This document shows, one piece after another, positions 36,912 through 45,401 of a DNA stretch of 64,000 bases. Under the pieces are notes generated by a model, which saw only the letters and a list, made by a program, of their open reading frames with translations, was not told the DNA's origin and made no database searches. Within the stretch, counting starts at the first letter, position 1, and every line of letters begins with the position of its first letter. This DNA is from Eubacteriales bacterium (GTDB lineage Bacteria > Bacillota > Clostridia > Oscillospirales > CAG-272). Position numbers and translations under genes: made by a program. Where the stretch lies: contig JAZRIQ010000044.1 of assembly GCA_045645405.1 (NCBI GenBank), forward strand, positions 12,152 through 76,151, read 5' to 3'.

Positions 36912-36940
36912 AGTTTATCACATAAAAAATGAAATGTCAA
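36912..36940 (-). promoter_or_regulatory. Candidate promoter of the LRR gene
   Basis: Minus strand reads TTGACA, 17 nt, TAAACT. It ends about 30 nt upstream of the ATG at 36881. Confidence 0.45.
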
Positions 36941-37001
36941 CAATATAGCAACTCAGTCTTAATTGCATTAAAGTCAAAGGGAGTAATTCTTACTGCAATT
37001 C

Positions 37002-37667
37002 TTATTCTTTTCTCACAATTTCATTTTTGTTTTTGTAAATAACGTTTTCCTTTACGTATCCGCGCACGCACGACAGAGGATAAACCACCGTATTTTTGCC
37101 AATAACCGTTCCGGGATTTAATACGGCATTACAGCCTATTTCAACGCCGTCGCCTAAAATCGCGCCCAGCTTTTTAAGCCCTGTATTTATCTTCTCCTTG
37201 CCTACCGTTATACTTACGGCTGACTTATCACTTTTAAGGTTGGAAATTTTCGCCCCTGCACCTAAATGAGCGCCACAGCCTAAAATACTGTCCCCTACGT
37301 AGTTAAAATGCGGCACTTGACACCTGTTAAAAAGAATACTGTTTTTTATTTCGCTTGAGTTACCTACAACGCACCCTTCTCCGATAATGCAATTGCCCCG
37401 AAGGTATGCGCCCTTTCGCAGCTCCGCGCCTGCGCCGATTATGCACGCGCCCTCTATCCCCACGCTTCCATCTACTTTAGCTTTTCTGGAAATATAGACA
37501 CTCTCCCCTATTTTTTCATATTCTCTTACGTCAAGCACATTTCCTATCAACAAAATGTAGTCCCTTATTTTCGGTATTATATCCCAGGGGTAAACACATT
37601 TTTCAAGCAAATCCTTTGCTAACGTATTTTCAAGATTGAAAAGCTTTTTTACAGTCAGTCTATCCAT
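37002..37667 (-). CDS. Hexapeptide-repeat (left-handed beta-helix) acyltransferase, GlmU C-terminal-domain-like
   Basis: 221 aa. Hexapeptide repeats include IGAGAELRKGAYLRGNCIIGEGCVVGNSSEIKNSIL. It overlaps the glmM 3' end by 8 nt. Confidence 0.6.
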   Translation of the reverse strand: MDRLTVKKLFNLENTLAKDLLEKCVYPWDIIPKIRDYILLIGNVLDVREYEKIGESVYISRKAKVDGSVGIEGACIIGAGAELRKGAYLRGNCIIGEGCVVGNSSEIKNSILFNRCQVPHFNYVGDSILGCGAHLGAGAKISNLKSDKSAVSITVGKEKINTGLKKLGAILGDGVEIGCNAVLNPGTVIGKNTVVYPLSCVRGYVKENVIYKNKNEIVRKE

Positions 37668-39006
37668 TCAGTCCCTCCCTTATTACCGTTTCCTCTACGT
37701 CTTTCAGATAGACGTCTATCCTTTTTTCGTCCTCACATTCTATCATTATTCTTATTTTAGACTCCGTGCCGCTTGCCCTTAAAAGAATCCGTCCGTTATC
37801 CTTAAGCTCTTTTTCAATTTCCTTGCATTTTGTCTGCAACGCGGTGTTTTTCAACGCATCAGCCTTGTTTTTTACGTTTAAATTCAAGGTCTTTTGCGGG
37901 TATGTCCTAAAATCCCTCAAAAGGTACGATAATTTCTGCTTTTTGTCCGCTAAAATATCCATTATTTTTATAGCTGTCAGAATTCCGTCACCCGTGGTAG
38001 CATACTTCCTTAAAATTATATGTCCCGACTCCTCTCCCCCCAGGGAGTGGTTGTTTTTCACTATGCTTTCATAAACAAAGCGATCGCCTACGTCTGTTTT
38101 TTCGTATAAAATTCCCTCTTTGTCAAGAGCCTTGTACAGCCCCATATTTGACATAACCGTGGTAACCACAGTATTTGTCTGCAGCTCTCCCTTTTCCTTT
38201 AGCTCCCTTGCCAATAAATACATAATTTTATCACCGTTCACAACCTCGCCTTTTTCATCAACGCATATACATCTGTCGCCGTCTCCATCAAAGGCAAAGC
38301 CCACGTCAAGACCGTTTTCCTTAACGTACTTTTTCAAAGCCTCAATATGTGTTGAGCCTGCATTTTCGTTTATATTCACTCCGTTTGGCTGATTGTTTAT
38401 TACAAAAACGGTTGCCCCCAACGCCTCAAACACGCTTTTTCCTATCATATTACAGCTTCCGTTTGCCAAATCAAGTCCTACCCTGTATCCCTTAAAGGAG
38501 CATTTGGCGCAAGATATAAGATAGCCTATATATCGGTGTCTACCCTCGTAATAATCTACTATCTTTCCTATATTTTCGTTTTCGCAAAGAGGTAAATGCT
38601 CATTTGAGTCAAGAAACCGCTCTATTTTCGACGTTATTTTATCACCTATCTTCTCGCCTTTTTCATTAAGTATTTTAATTCCGTTATCGTAATAAGGATT
38701 ATGACTTGCGGAAATCATAATTCCAATATCGAATTTATCGGTGGTGACAACGTAGGATACGCCGGGAGTTGGCGTAACGTGCATAAGATAAGCGTCCGCG
38801 CCAACGGAGGCAAGTCCTGATGCTATTGCATACTCCAGCATATAGCTTGACAGTCTTGTGTCCTTACCGATTACTGCGTTGATTTTACGGTTTTTCTCAT
38901 TTTTTAAATAGTAGCCTAAAAACTGACCGATTCTAAAGGCGTGATTTGCGGTCAGCTCCTTACCCGCTACACCTCTGAAGCCGTCAGTTCCGAAATATTT
39001 ACCCAT
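37660..39006 (-). CDS. glmM: Phosphoglucosamine mutase
   Basis: I start it at MGKYFGTDGFRG because AAGGAGG lies 5 nt upstream (the ORF track starts at 39027). The active-site motif is SASHNPYYDNGIK. Confidence 0.88.
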   Translation of the reverse strand: MGKYFGTDGFRGVAGKELTANHAFRIGQFLGYYLKNEKNRKINAVIGKDTRLSSYMLEYAIASGLASVGADAYLMHVTPTPGVSYVVTTDKFDIGIMISASHNPYYDNGIKILNEKGEKIGDKITSKIERFLDSNEHLPLCENENIGKIVDYYEGRHRYIGYLISCAKCSFKGYRVGLDLANGSCNMIGKSVFEALGATVFVINNQPNGVNINENAGSTHIEALKKYVKENGLDVGFAFDGDGDRCICVDEKGEVVNGDKIMYLLARELKEKGELQTNTVVTTVMSNMGLYKALDKEGILYEKTDVGDRFVYESIVKNNHSLGGEESGHIILRKYATTGDGILTAIKIMDILADKKQKLSYLLRDFRTYPQKTLNLNVKNKADALKNTALQTKCKEIEKELKDNGRILLRASGTESKIRIMIECEDEKRIDVYLKDVEETVIREGLNG

Positions 39007-39064
39007 ACTTGCCTCCTTGCGCGACACCGCGCTGTATCCTCAGTTTCGGTTTAAACCGCTAACT

Positions 39065-39115
39065 ATTGTATGCAAAAAAATTTTTCTTGCAATATTTAAT
39101 TGTATATGTTATACT
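39065..39115. promoter_or_regulatory. Divergent promoters sharing one palindromic -35 hexamer
   Basis: Plus strand reads TTGCAA (39087-39092), 17 nt, TATACT (39110-39115). Minus strand uses the same self-complementary TTGCAA, 16 nt, then TACAAT (39065-39070). Confidence 0.45.
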
Positions 39116-39159
39116 GATTATAACTAAAAATTTATTTTTTATACGTTAAGGAGTTTTTT

Positions 39160-41229
39160 ATGGAAAAGTTAGACCAAAAGTATCAGGCGTTATTTACCCC
39201 CTGGAAGATAGGTAACGTTGAAATTAAAAACCGTATTGTGCTTTGCCCAATGGGCGGTACTTCACTTTTCGGTTGGATGAATATGTCAGGCAACAAATTT
39301 AACAAGGAGGCAGCTGAATTCTTCCTTGAAAAAGCGAAGAACAACGTAGGTCTTATCATTCCGGGCATTGCACCTATTAAGAGTACGTACAGAGGTCAAT
39401 GGCTCTATAAAAACAACAAAATGTTTGAGGAGCTAAAGGTGTTTATGGACGAAATCCATAAAACCGGCGCTAAATTATTTATTCAGATTACAGCAGGTAT
39501 GGGCCGCTCATTTGCTATCCCAACTCCACTTGTAAAAATACATAATATGCCCGTTGTTCGCAGCCTCGTTAAGCCAATTATCAACGTTCCTTACTTAAGC
39601 GCTTCCCCTTCCAAGCTTCCATCACGTTGGAGTGACAAGGTTAAGTGCCGTGAGATTACAGTTAAGGAAATTCAAGAAATTGTTGACGCTTTTGCTAAAA
39701 CCGCATTAAAGTGCAAGGAGGCAGGTGTTGACGGCGTTGAGGTACACGCAGTACACGAGGGCTACTTACTTGACCAATTCACAACAGAATATACAAACAA
39801 GCGCGAGGATGAATACGGCGGTTCATTTGAAAACCGCTACCGCTTTGCTACCGATATAGTTAAGGCTATAAAGGAATCCTGCGGTAAGGATTTCCCTGTT
39901 TCTCTCCGTTATTCTGTAACCTCCAAGGTTAAGGATTTCTGCGTTGGCGCAGTTCCCGGCGAGGAGTTTGAGGAAATGGGCAGAAATATGGAGGAAAGCG
40001 AAAAGGCAGTTAAGTATCTTGAGGAAGCGGGCTACGATATGTTAAACGCTGATAACGGTACTTACGACTCCTGGTACTGGGCACACCCACCGATGTATAT
40101 GCCTCAAAACTGCAATCTTGAGGACGTTTCTCACATTAAGAGCTTCGTAAAAATTCCTGTTGTTTGTGCAGGAAGAATGACTCCTGAGGTTGGCGCTCAA
40201 GCAGTTAAGGATAATAAGATTGACGCTATGGGCGTTGCAAGACAGTTCCTTGCAGATAGCGAATGGGTAACAAAGCTTATCGAAAACAGACTTGAGGATA
40301 TTCGTCCTTGTATTTGCTGTCACAACGCTTGCTTCAATATGTCTCACTATAAGGGTGTTGCAAACGCTCAGTCTATTCACGACGCAAGTCATATTGCAAG
40401 ATGCGCTCTTGACCCAAGAGTAATGCAATCAGATAAATACAAAATTGAGCCTGCTAAAACTGTAAAGAACGTTAGCGTAATCGGCGGCGGTATTGGCGGT
40501 ATGGAGGCTGCTTTGGTTCTTGCAAAGCGCGGTCATAACGTTACAATTTATGAAAAGTCAGGCAGTCTTGGCGGCGTATTTATAGCGGCAGCTGCTCCTT
40601 CCTTCAAGGAAAAGGACAAGATGCTTATCGCTTGGTACGAAAGAGAGCTTAAGAAATATCCAAATATTGACGTTCAGCTCCACACCGAGGTTAAGGACGT
40701 TTGGACGTTAGGCGCAGACGAGGTTATTATCGCAACCGGCGCTAAAGCTATTAAGCCAAACATTAAGGGTATGGAAAGAGCTGTTAGCGCTGTTGATTAC
40801 CTCCTTAACAAAGAAATTATCGGACGTGACGTTGTAGTTGTTGGCGGCGGTCTTACAGGCTGTGAAATCGCTTATGACCTTTACTTAAAGGGTAAGAATC
40901 CTATCATCGTTGAAATGAAGGACGATTTAATTGTTTCAGATAAGGTTCCTTTTGCTAACTCAAGCTATTTAAGAGATTTCTTCAAATCAAACGACGTTCC
41001 TGTATATCTTGAAACAAAGCTCATTAACGTTGGTAGCGACGGCGTAATGGTTTCCGATAAAGAGGGTAAATTCAAAATCACCTGTGATACGGTTATTTAT
41101 GCTCTTGGCTACAAGCCTAATCCTATGGTTAAAAAAGGTAAGAACGTTCACGTTATCGGCGACGCAAAAGAGGTTGGTAATTTAAGAACCGTTATTTGGA
41201 ACGCTTGGGACGTTTGTATGAAAATTTAG
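39160..41229 (+). CDS. Old-Yellow-Enzyme-family FMN/FAD/Fe-S oxidoreductase (2-enoate reductase / 2,4-dienoyl-CoA reductase-like)
   Basis: 689 aa. The N-terminal OYE barrel has IKNRIVLCPMGG and GVDGVEVHAVHEGYLLDQF. A Cys cluster CICCHNAC follows. The C-terminal region has Rossmann motifs VIGGGIGGME and VVGGGLTGCE. Confidence 0.8.
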   Translation: MEKLDQKYQALFTPWKIGNVEIKNRIVLCPMGGTSLFGWMNMSGNKFNKEAAEFFLEKAKNNVGLIIPGIAPIKSTYRGQWLYKNNKMFEELKVFMDEIHKTGAKLFIQITAGMGRSFAIPTPLVKIHNMPVVRSLVKPIINVPYLSASPSKLPSRWSDKVKCREITVKEIQEIVDAFAKTALKCKEAGVDGVEVHAVHEGYLLDQFTTEYTNKREDEYGGSFENRYRFATDIVKAIKESCGKDFPVSLRYSVTSKVKDFCVGAVPGEEFEEMGRNMEESEKAVKYLEEAGYDMLNADNGTYDSWYWAHPPMYMPQNCNLEDVSHIKSFVKIPVVCAGRMTPEVGAQAVKDNKIDAMGVARQFLADSEWVTKLIENRLEDIRPCICCHNACFNMSHYKGVANAQSIHDASHIARCALDPRVMQSDKYKIEPAKTVKNVSVIGGGIGGMEAALVLAKRGHNVTIYEKSGSLGGVFIAAAAPSFKEKDKMLIAWYERELKKYPNIDVQLHTEVKDVWTLGADEVIIATGAKAIKPNIKGMERAVSAVDYLLNKEIIGRDVVVVGGGLTGCEIAYDLYLKGKNPIIVEMKDDLIVSDKVPFANSSYLRDFFKSNDVPVYLETKLINVGSDGVMVSDKEGKFKITCDTVIYALGYKPNPMVKKGKNVHVIGDAKEVGNLRTVIWNAWDVCMKI

Positions 41230-41418
41230 TGGTCAGTGACTAGTGGTCAGTGATCAGCGATTAGATTAACTTCCTAACCGAAGAACAACTTTATTCCCCA
41301 CAATCAAATATATAATTAGGGGAGCGTTGCTCCCCTAAAATTAAATTTATTAGCGTTTTAGTGTCGTGTGGCGGTTTGTGTATCTACTAATCACTAGCCA
41401 CTGACCACTGACCACTAA
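41229..41418 (+). repeat. Complete heptamer-armed palindromic element (copy C)
   Basis: 5' arm GTGGTCA GTGACTA GTGGTCA GTGATCA GCGATTA GAT. The core contains the hairpin GGGGAGC-gtt-GCTCCCC. 3' arm ATCTAC TAATCAC TAGCCAC TGACCAC TGACCAC TAA. Confidence 0.85.
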
Positions 41419-41441
41419 AAGCGACTAAAAGGAGTATATTT

Positions 41442-42716
41442 ATGTTATTAACAGAAGAACAAAATGCAATTTTAAACGGCTCAAAGGGCGAAACTCACGC
41501 CAAGGTAATGGAATCCTTGATTCGCTACGGTGAGCTTTTCGGTGCTGAAAAATTAGTACCTATCACCAGCAAATACAATCATTTAGTAACATCTTTTGGT
41601 CTTAAAATGATTGGCCCTATTTATGATTTAATGAATAAGCTCATTGAGGCAGGGGCTGTTTCCGGTCAAAAATTCTCCTGCGACCCACGTCCTGTTGATA
41701 AAAACGTGCCTGCAAATTTCCTTCAAAAGCTTATTTTTAATAAATTTATGTATTCAAAGCAGGATTTCTACGAGGAACAGCTTGAAAAGCTGGGTCTTAT
41801 GGACAAGGACGCATTCACCTGCACCTGTTATATGGACGAGGTTGGCAACAAGCCAAGCAAGGGTGATATTCTTTCTTGGAGTGAGTCAAGCGCTGTTGTT
41901 TACGCCAACTCCGTTTTAGGCGCACGCTGCAACCGTAATTCGGGCATTATTGATATTATGGGTTCCGTTGCCGGCTACGTTCCGTATTTCGGCTTGCTTA
42001 CTGACGAGGGCAGAAAGGCTACTTGGGTAATTGAGCTTAATACAACAAAAAAGCCCGACGCGCAATTACTTGGCTCGGCTATCGGTATGAAGGTAATGGA
42101 GGACGTTCCTTTTGTTAAAGGGCTTGACAAGTATCTCGGCACAGAGTTGAATGACGAGGCTTGTGCATACTTGAAGGATTTCGGTGCTGCTACTGCATCA
42201 AACGGCGCGGTTGGTCTTTACCATATTGAAAATTTAACACCGGAAGCAAAGGAGCTTGGCGAAAGCTTAATTGCCGAAGGCGCGCAGGTTTACGTAATTG
42301 ACGACGCTGAGCTTCAAAGAGTTTACGACAGCTATCCCGTTATTTGGAAAAACAAGGACGCAAAGCCAAAATTATGCTTTATTGGCTGTCCCCATTTGTC
42401 CCTTACACAGTTAAAGGAATGGACTGAAAAGCTTGAAGCAGGTCTTAAGGAAAACGGAAACAAAAAGGTGCTTATTCCTACCGTATTCACCTCTGCTCCA
42501 AATGTTATTGAAAAATTCAAGGAAACCGAATACGCAAAAAGACTTGAAGCAACCGGCGTTATTCTTTCCTATATATGCCCACTTATGTATATGAACAATC
42601 CTCTTTGCAAAAAGATGCCCGTTATCACCTCGTCAAATAAGCTTCGCACTTACACAACCGCAAGATATTATTCCGACGACGAAATTTTAGCACAGCTTAC
42701 AGGAGGTAACAAATAA
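41442..42716 (+). CDS. Aconitase X catalytic subunit (DUF521)
   Basis: 424 aa. The N-terminus LTEEQNAILNGSKGETHAKVMESLIRYGELFGAEKLVPITS is typical of DUF521. Confidence 0.75.
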   Translation: MLLTEEQNAILNGSKGETHAKVMESLIRYGELFGAEKLVPITSKYNHLVTSFGLKMIGPIYDLMNKLIEAGAVSGQKFSCDPRPVDKNVPANFLQKLIFNKFMYSKQDFYEEQLEKLGLMDKDAFTCTCYMDEVGNKPSKGDILSWSESSAVVYANSVLGARCNRNSGIIDIMGSVAGYVPYFGLLTDEGRKATWVIELNTTKKPDAQLLGSAIGMKVMEDVPFVKGLDKYLGTELNDEACAYLKDFGAATASNGAVGLYHIENLTPEAKELGESLIAEGAQVYVIDDAELQRVYDSYPVIWKNKDAKPKLCFIGCPHLSLTQLKEWTEKLEAGLKENGNKKVLIPTVFTSAPNVIEKFKETEYAKRLEATGVILSYICPLMYMNNPLCKKMPVITSSNKLRTYTTARYYSDDEILAQLTGGNK

Positions 42717-43165
42717 TGAAGAAATTTGTTGGTAGAGTTGTAGCACCCGGTGAGGTTAAAGGCGTTGAGGCTCTCGTTTCCCACGGTGGTCTTAACACTC
42801 TTGCTTCCTTCCAAGGCGCATTACAGTTTGGTGACAAAAAGGTAAAATGCGGCGACCAAAGCAATCCTGACCTTTACGATAAGGAAATGGCAGGCAAGGC
42901 TCTTTGCATTCCGCAAACTATCGGCTCAACAACAGGCGGACTTGTATTATACTGCGCATGCTCAATGCGTCGTCAGCCTGCTTGTATGCTCTTTTCAAAG
43001 CCTATTGACTCCCTTGCGGGCGCAGGCGTAATTCTTGCTGACGTTTGGCTTGATGGCGGAGCCAAAATGCCCGTTATCGACTCTTTGGGCGATGAATTTT
43101 TGGAAACCGTCAAAACAGGCGACAAAATCACCGTTGAATTAGACGGCACGGTAATTGTTGAATAG
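42716..43165 (+). CDS. Aconitase X swivel-domain subunit (DUF126)
   Basis: 149 aa. GRVVAPGEVKGVEALVS... and GKALCIPQTIGSTTG are present. The start overlaps the upstream stop as ATAATG. Confidence 0.7.
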   Translation: MKKFVGRVVAPGEVKGVEALVSHGGLNTLASFQGALQFGDKKVKCGDQSNPDLYDKEMAGKALCIPQTIGSTTGGLVLYCACSMRRQPACMLFSKPIDSLAGAGVILADVWLDGGAKMPVIDSLGDEFLETVKTGDKITVELDGTVIVE

Positions 43166-43190
43166 CCAAAAGCTGTTAGCAAATAAAAAA

Positions 43191-43222
43191 ATAACCCATC
43201 ACTAACCAATGTGATGGGTTAT
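43191..43222. terminator. Bidirectional terminator between convergent genes
   Basis: 12-bp stem ATAACCCATCAC-taaccaat-GTGATGGGTTAT, flanked by A and T runs. Confidence 0.65.
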
Positions 43223-43461
43223 TTTATTTCTTGCTCTATATCGTCAAATATTGGGCTGTCAAAAAATTCTCTTAGACTTATTTCAAGTCCGTCGCATAGC
43301 TTCTTAATTGATACAACGCCGGGATTTTGACTTTTTTCGTTTAGCATACTATAAATAGTAGAAGGAGCAACACCTGAAATGTTAGCAAGATTATTTGTTG
43401 CTATGTTTCTCTCTTGACAAAGCTGAATTATTCTTTTAGCAACTGCTTCTTTTGTGTTCAT
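43219..43461 (-). CDS. XRE-family helix-turn-helix transcriptional regulator
   Basis: 80 aa. The HTH region is RIIQLCQERNIATNNLANISGVAPSTIYSMLN. SD GGGGGAG lies upstream. Confidence 0.8.
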   Translation of the reverse strand: MNTKEAVAKRIIQLCQERNIATNNLANISGVAPSTIYSMLNEKSQNPGVVSIKKLCDGLEISLREFFDSPIFDDIEQEIK

Positions 43462-43499
43462 CCGTTCTCCCCCTTCATTGTACTTAACAACATTTTAAC

Positions 43500-43539
43500 C
43501 AAATTTGCGATATATCGTGTGCGATATATCGCAAATTTG
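43500..43539. promoter_or_regulatory. Perfect 18-bp inverted repeat (candidate operator) in the XRE/DUF1273 divergent region
   Basis: Reads CAAATTTGCGATATATCG-tgtg-CGATATATCGCAAATTTG. It ends 10 nt before an extended -10 (TGaTATAAT, 43549-43557). Confidence 0.6.
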
Positions 43540-43591
43540 ATGTTTTTGTGATATAATTATGATATAACGTAATTTTGGCAGGGGTAAAAAT

Positions 43592-44020
43592 ATGGTTTGT
43601 ACATTTTTTGGGCATAAGAACACGAGCGAAGCAATCAAAAACGAACTAAAAAGCTCTATTGAATACTTAATAAACAAAGGCGTAAAAAACTTTTACGTTG
43701 GAAACAACGGTAACTTTGATTTGCTTGTTCAAAATACACTTTTAACGCTACAAAAGGTATATGCGGACATTGACTATAAAATTGTTATATCTTATATTAA
43801 CGAAAAAGCTATAAGCGGTGCTCAAAGTTTAACGATTTTTCCCGAGGGATTAGAAATCATACATCCTAAATTTGCCATATCGAAACGTAACGAATGGCTA
43901 ATAGATAGAGCTGATTATGTTATATCATATTGCACTAACTCCTTTACAAATTGTCATAAATGGATAGAAAAAGCAACAAAGAAAGGTTTAACAATTATAA
44001 ACTTACACCATACAGTGTAA
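43592..44020 (+). CDS. DUF1273/SLOG-family protein
   Basis: 142 aa. The N-terminus MVCTFFGHKNT resembles the CxFTGHR start of DUF1273 proteins, and GNNGNFD resembles the SLOG glycine-rich loop. Confidence 0.5.
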   Translation: MVCTFFGHKNTSEAIKNELKSSIEYLINKGVKNFYVGNNGNFDLLVQNTLLTLQKVYADIDYKIVISYINEKAISGAQSLTIFPEGLEIIHPKFAISKRNEWLIDRADYVISYCTNSFTNCHKWIEKATKKGLTIINLHHTV

Positions 44021-44080
44021 GGTAGACCCAACCTGCCAAAAATTATTTTCTAATGCTATAATTGAGCGAGCTTCATATAC

Positions 44081-44111
44081 AAAAAAGCTATCACAACCGT
44101 GATAGCTTTTC
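44081..44111. terminator. Bidirectional terminator
   Basis: Stem AAAAGCTATCAC-aacc-GTGATAGCTTTT. Confidence 0.65.
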
Positions 44112-44153
44112 AATATTATCGGTGACAGAGGCGCGCTGGATTTTATCATAGAT

Positions 44154-44190
44154 AATCTAATCTTGCTGGCAGCTAACTGCCAACCACTAA
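44154..44190 (+). repeat. Solo 3'-type heptamer arm (copy K)
   Basis: Reads AATCTAATC TTGC TGGCAGC TAACTGC CAACCAC TAA. It abuts and overlaps the azlD stop. Confidence 0.55.
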
Positions 44191-44513
44191 AATACCAACT
44201 GAACAAGCAACATATAAGAAATTGTTCCTGCTACTATACTAAGAAGCGTATTTCTTTTCCACATATATAATGCAGCAACAATGACACAGCCTATTACTGC
44301 AGGCACAAATCCGCCCGCGCTTGCAAAGGAAACGTCCTTCAAGCAATAGACAACGAGCATACCCATAATTGCATAAGGCAGTAGCTTGCCTAACTTATCA
44401 ACAATTTTTGGCGTTTTTCTTCCGCTTGATAGCAATATAAAAGGTAAAAAACGTGTTAGTGCAGTCACCAGAGAAATTACAGCAACGGCGTACCAAACTT
44501 GTGTATCATTCAT
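44187..44513 (-). CDS. azlD: Branched-chain amino acid exporter small subunit AzlD
   Basis: 108 aa with about 3-4 TM segments. It overlaps the AzlC gene. Confidence 0.7.
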   Translation of the reverse strand: MNDTQVWYAVAVISLVTALTRFLPFILLSSGRKTPKIVDKLGKLLPYAIMGMLVVYCLKDVSFASAGGFVPAVIGCVIVAALYMWKRNTLLSIVAGTISYMLLVQLVF

Positions 44514-45198
44514 TGTTCTTTACCTCCTTATCCAAGGGATAAAGACATAGGGAAATAGCGATAATCATCATAGAAGGAATTAGAAAGCTATCCTTGCCAA
44601 AAATCATAAGGCAAGCAACTGATGCCAATACACCTACAATGGCAGAAAAATGCTTTTTGGAGTTTAGCCATTGGTCAACAAAAACCGTAACAAAAAGTGC
44701 GGTTAGCGCAAACTCAATTCCCTCGCTGTTAAACTTAACAAAAGAGCCTACAAGCGCTCCAATAACCGAGCCTGAAATCCAATAAAAATGGTTTAAAAGC
44801 GACACGAAAAGATAATATTTTTTTCTGTCGTTTTCTTCTATTTTAGGATTATCAGTACAAACGAGGGAATATGTCTCATCCGTCAGCGCAAATATCAAAT
44901 AGGGCTTTTTATTGCCTGTATTTTTGTATTTGTCTATCATTGAAATTCCGTAAAATAAATGCCTTGCATTTACCATAAGTGTAGTAAGTGCCACAGTAAT
45001 CAAGGAGGCGCCACCTGTAAAAAGTCCTATGGCGGCATACTGCATTGAGCCTGCATAAACGCAAAGGCTCATTAAAAAAGCATGCAGAAAGCCATAGCCG
45101 TTTACCTTGATTATAATTCCAAAGCCGAAGCCAAGAACCAAATATCCCGTCATAACGGGGAGTGTGTCAATAAATGACTGCTTTAAAACCTTTTTCAT
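44506..45198 (-). CDS. azlC: Branched-chain amino acid exporter AzlC
   Basis: 230 aa. Contains GSMQYAAIGL and LTDETYS, the AzlC family motifs. Confidence 0.75.
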   Translation of the reverse strand: MKKVLKQSFIDTLPVMTGYLVLGFGFGIIIKVNGYGFLHAFLMSLCVYAGSMQYAAIGLFTGGASLITVALTTLMVNARHLFYGISMIDKYKNTGNKKPYLIFALTDETYSLVCTDNPKIEENDRKKYYLFVSLLNHFYWISGSVIGALVGSFVKFNSEGIEFALTALFVTVFVDQWLNSKKHFSAIVGVLASVACLMIFGKDSFLIPSMMIIAISLCLYPLDKEVKNNE

Positions 45199-45230
45199 GT
45201 TTCGCTCCTTTGTGGTTCGCGCCCCTCACA

Positions 45231-45268
45231 GCCGATAGTAGTTAGCCGCCAGCCGTTAGTAAGGTTAG
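45231..45268 (+). repeat. 5'-type heptamer arm (copy D)
   Basis: Reads GCCGATA GTAGTTA GCCGCCA GCCGTTA GTAAGGTTAG. Confidence 0.7.
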
Positions 45269-45340
45269 TTTTTTGATTTATGTAATTATAGCATAGATTT
45301 TGTAACAATTCAATTAAAGCCATATTTTTTTCATTTACTG

Positions 45341-45369
45341 TTTACTTTTTTGGTTTCATGTTATATAAT
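45341..45369 (+). promoter_or_regulatory. Candidate promoter of the collagen-like LRR gene
   Basis: Reads TTTACT, 17 nt, TATAAT. Confidence 0.45.
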
Positions 45370-45401
45370 GAACTCAACAAGTATTTTTTCAAGGAGAGAT
45401 T

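Noticed and set aside
44003-44206. 67-aa minus-strand ORF between the DUF1273 gene and azlD
   Set aside because: It spans a bidirectional terminator and a repeat arm, has no SD and has no recognisable motifs.
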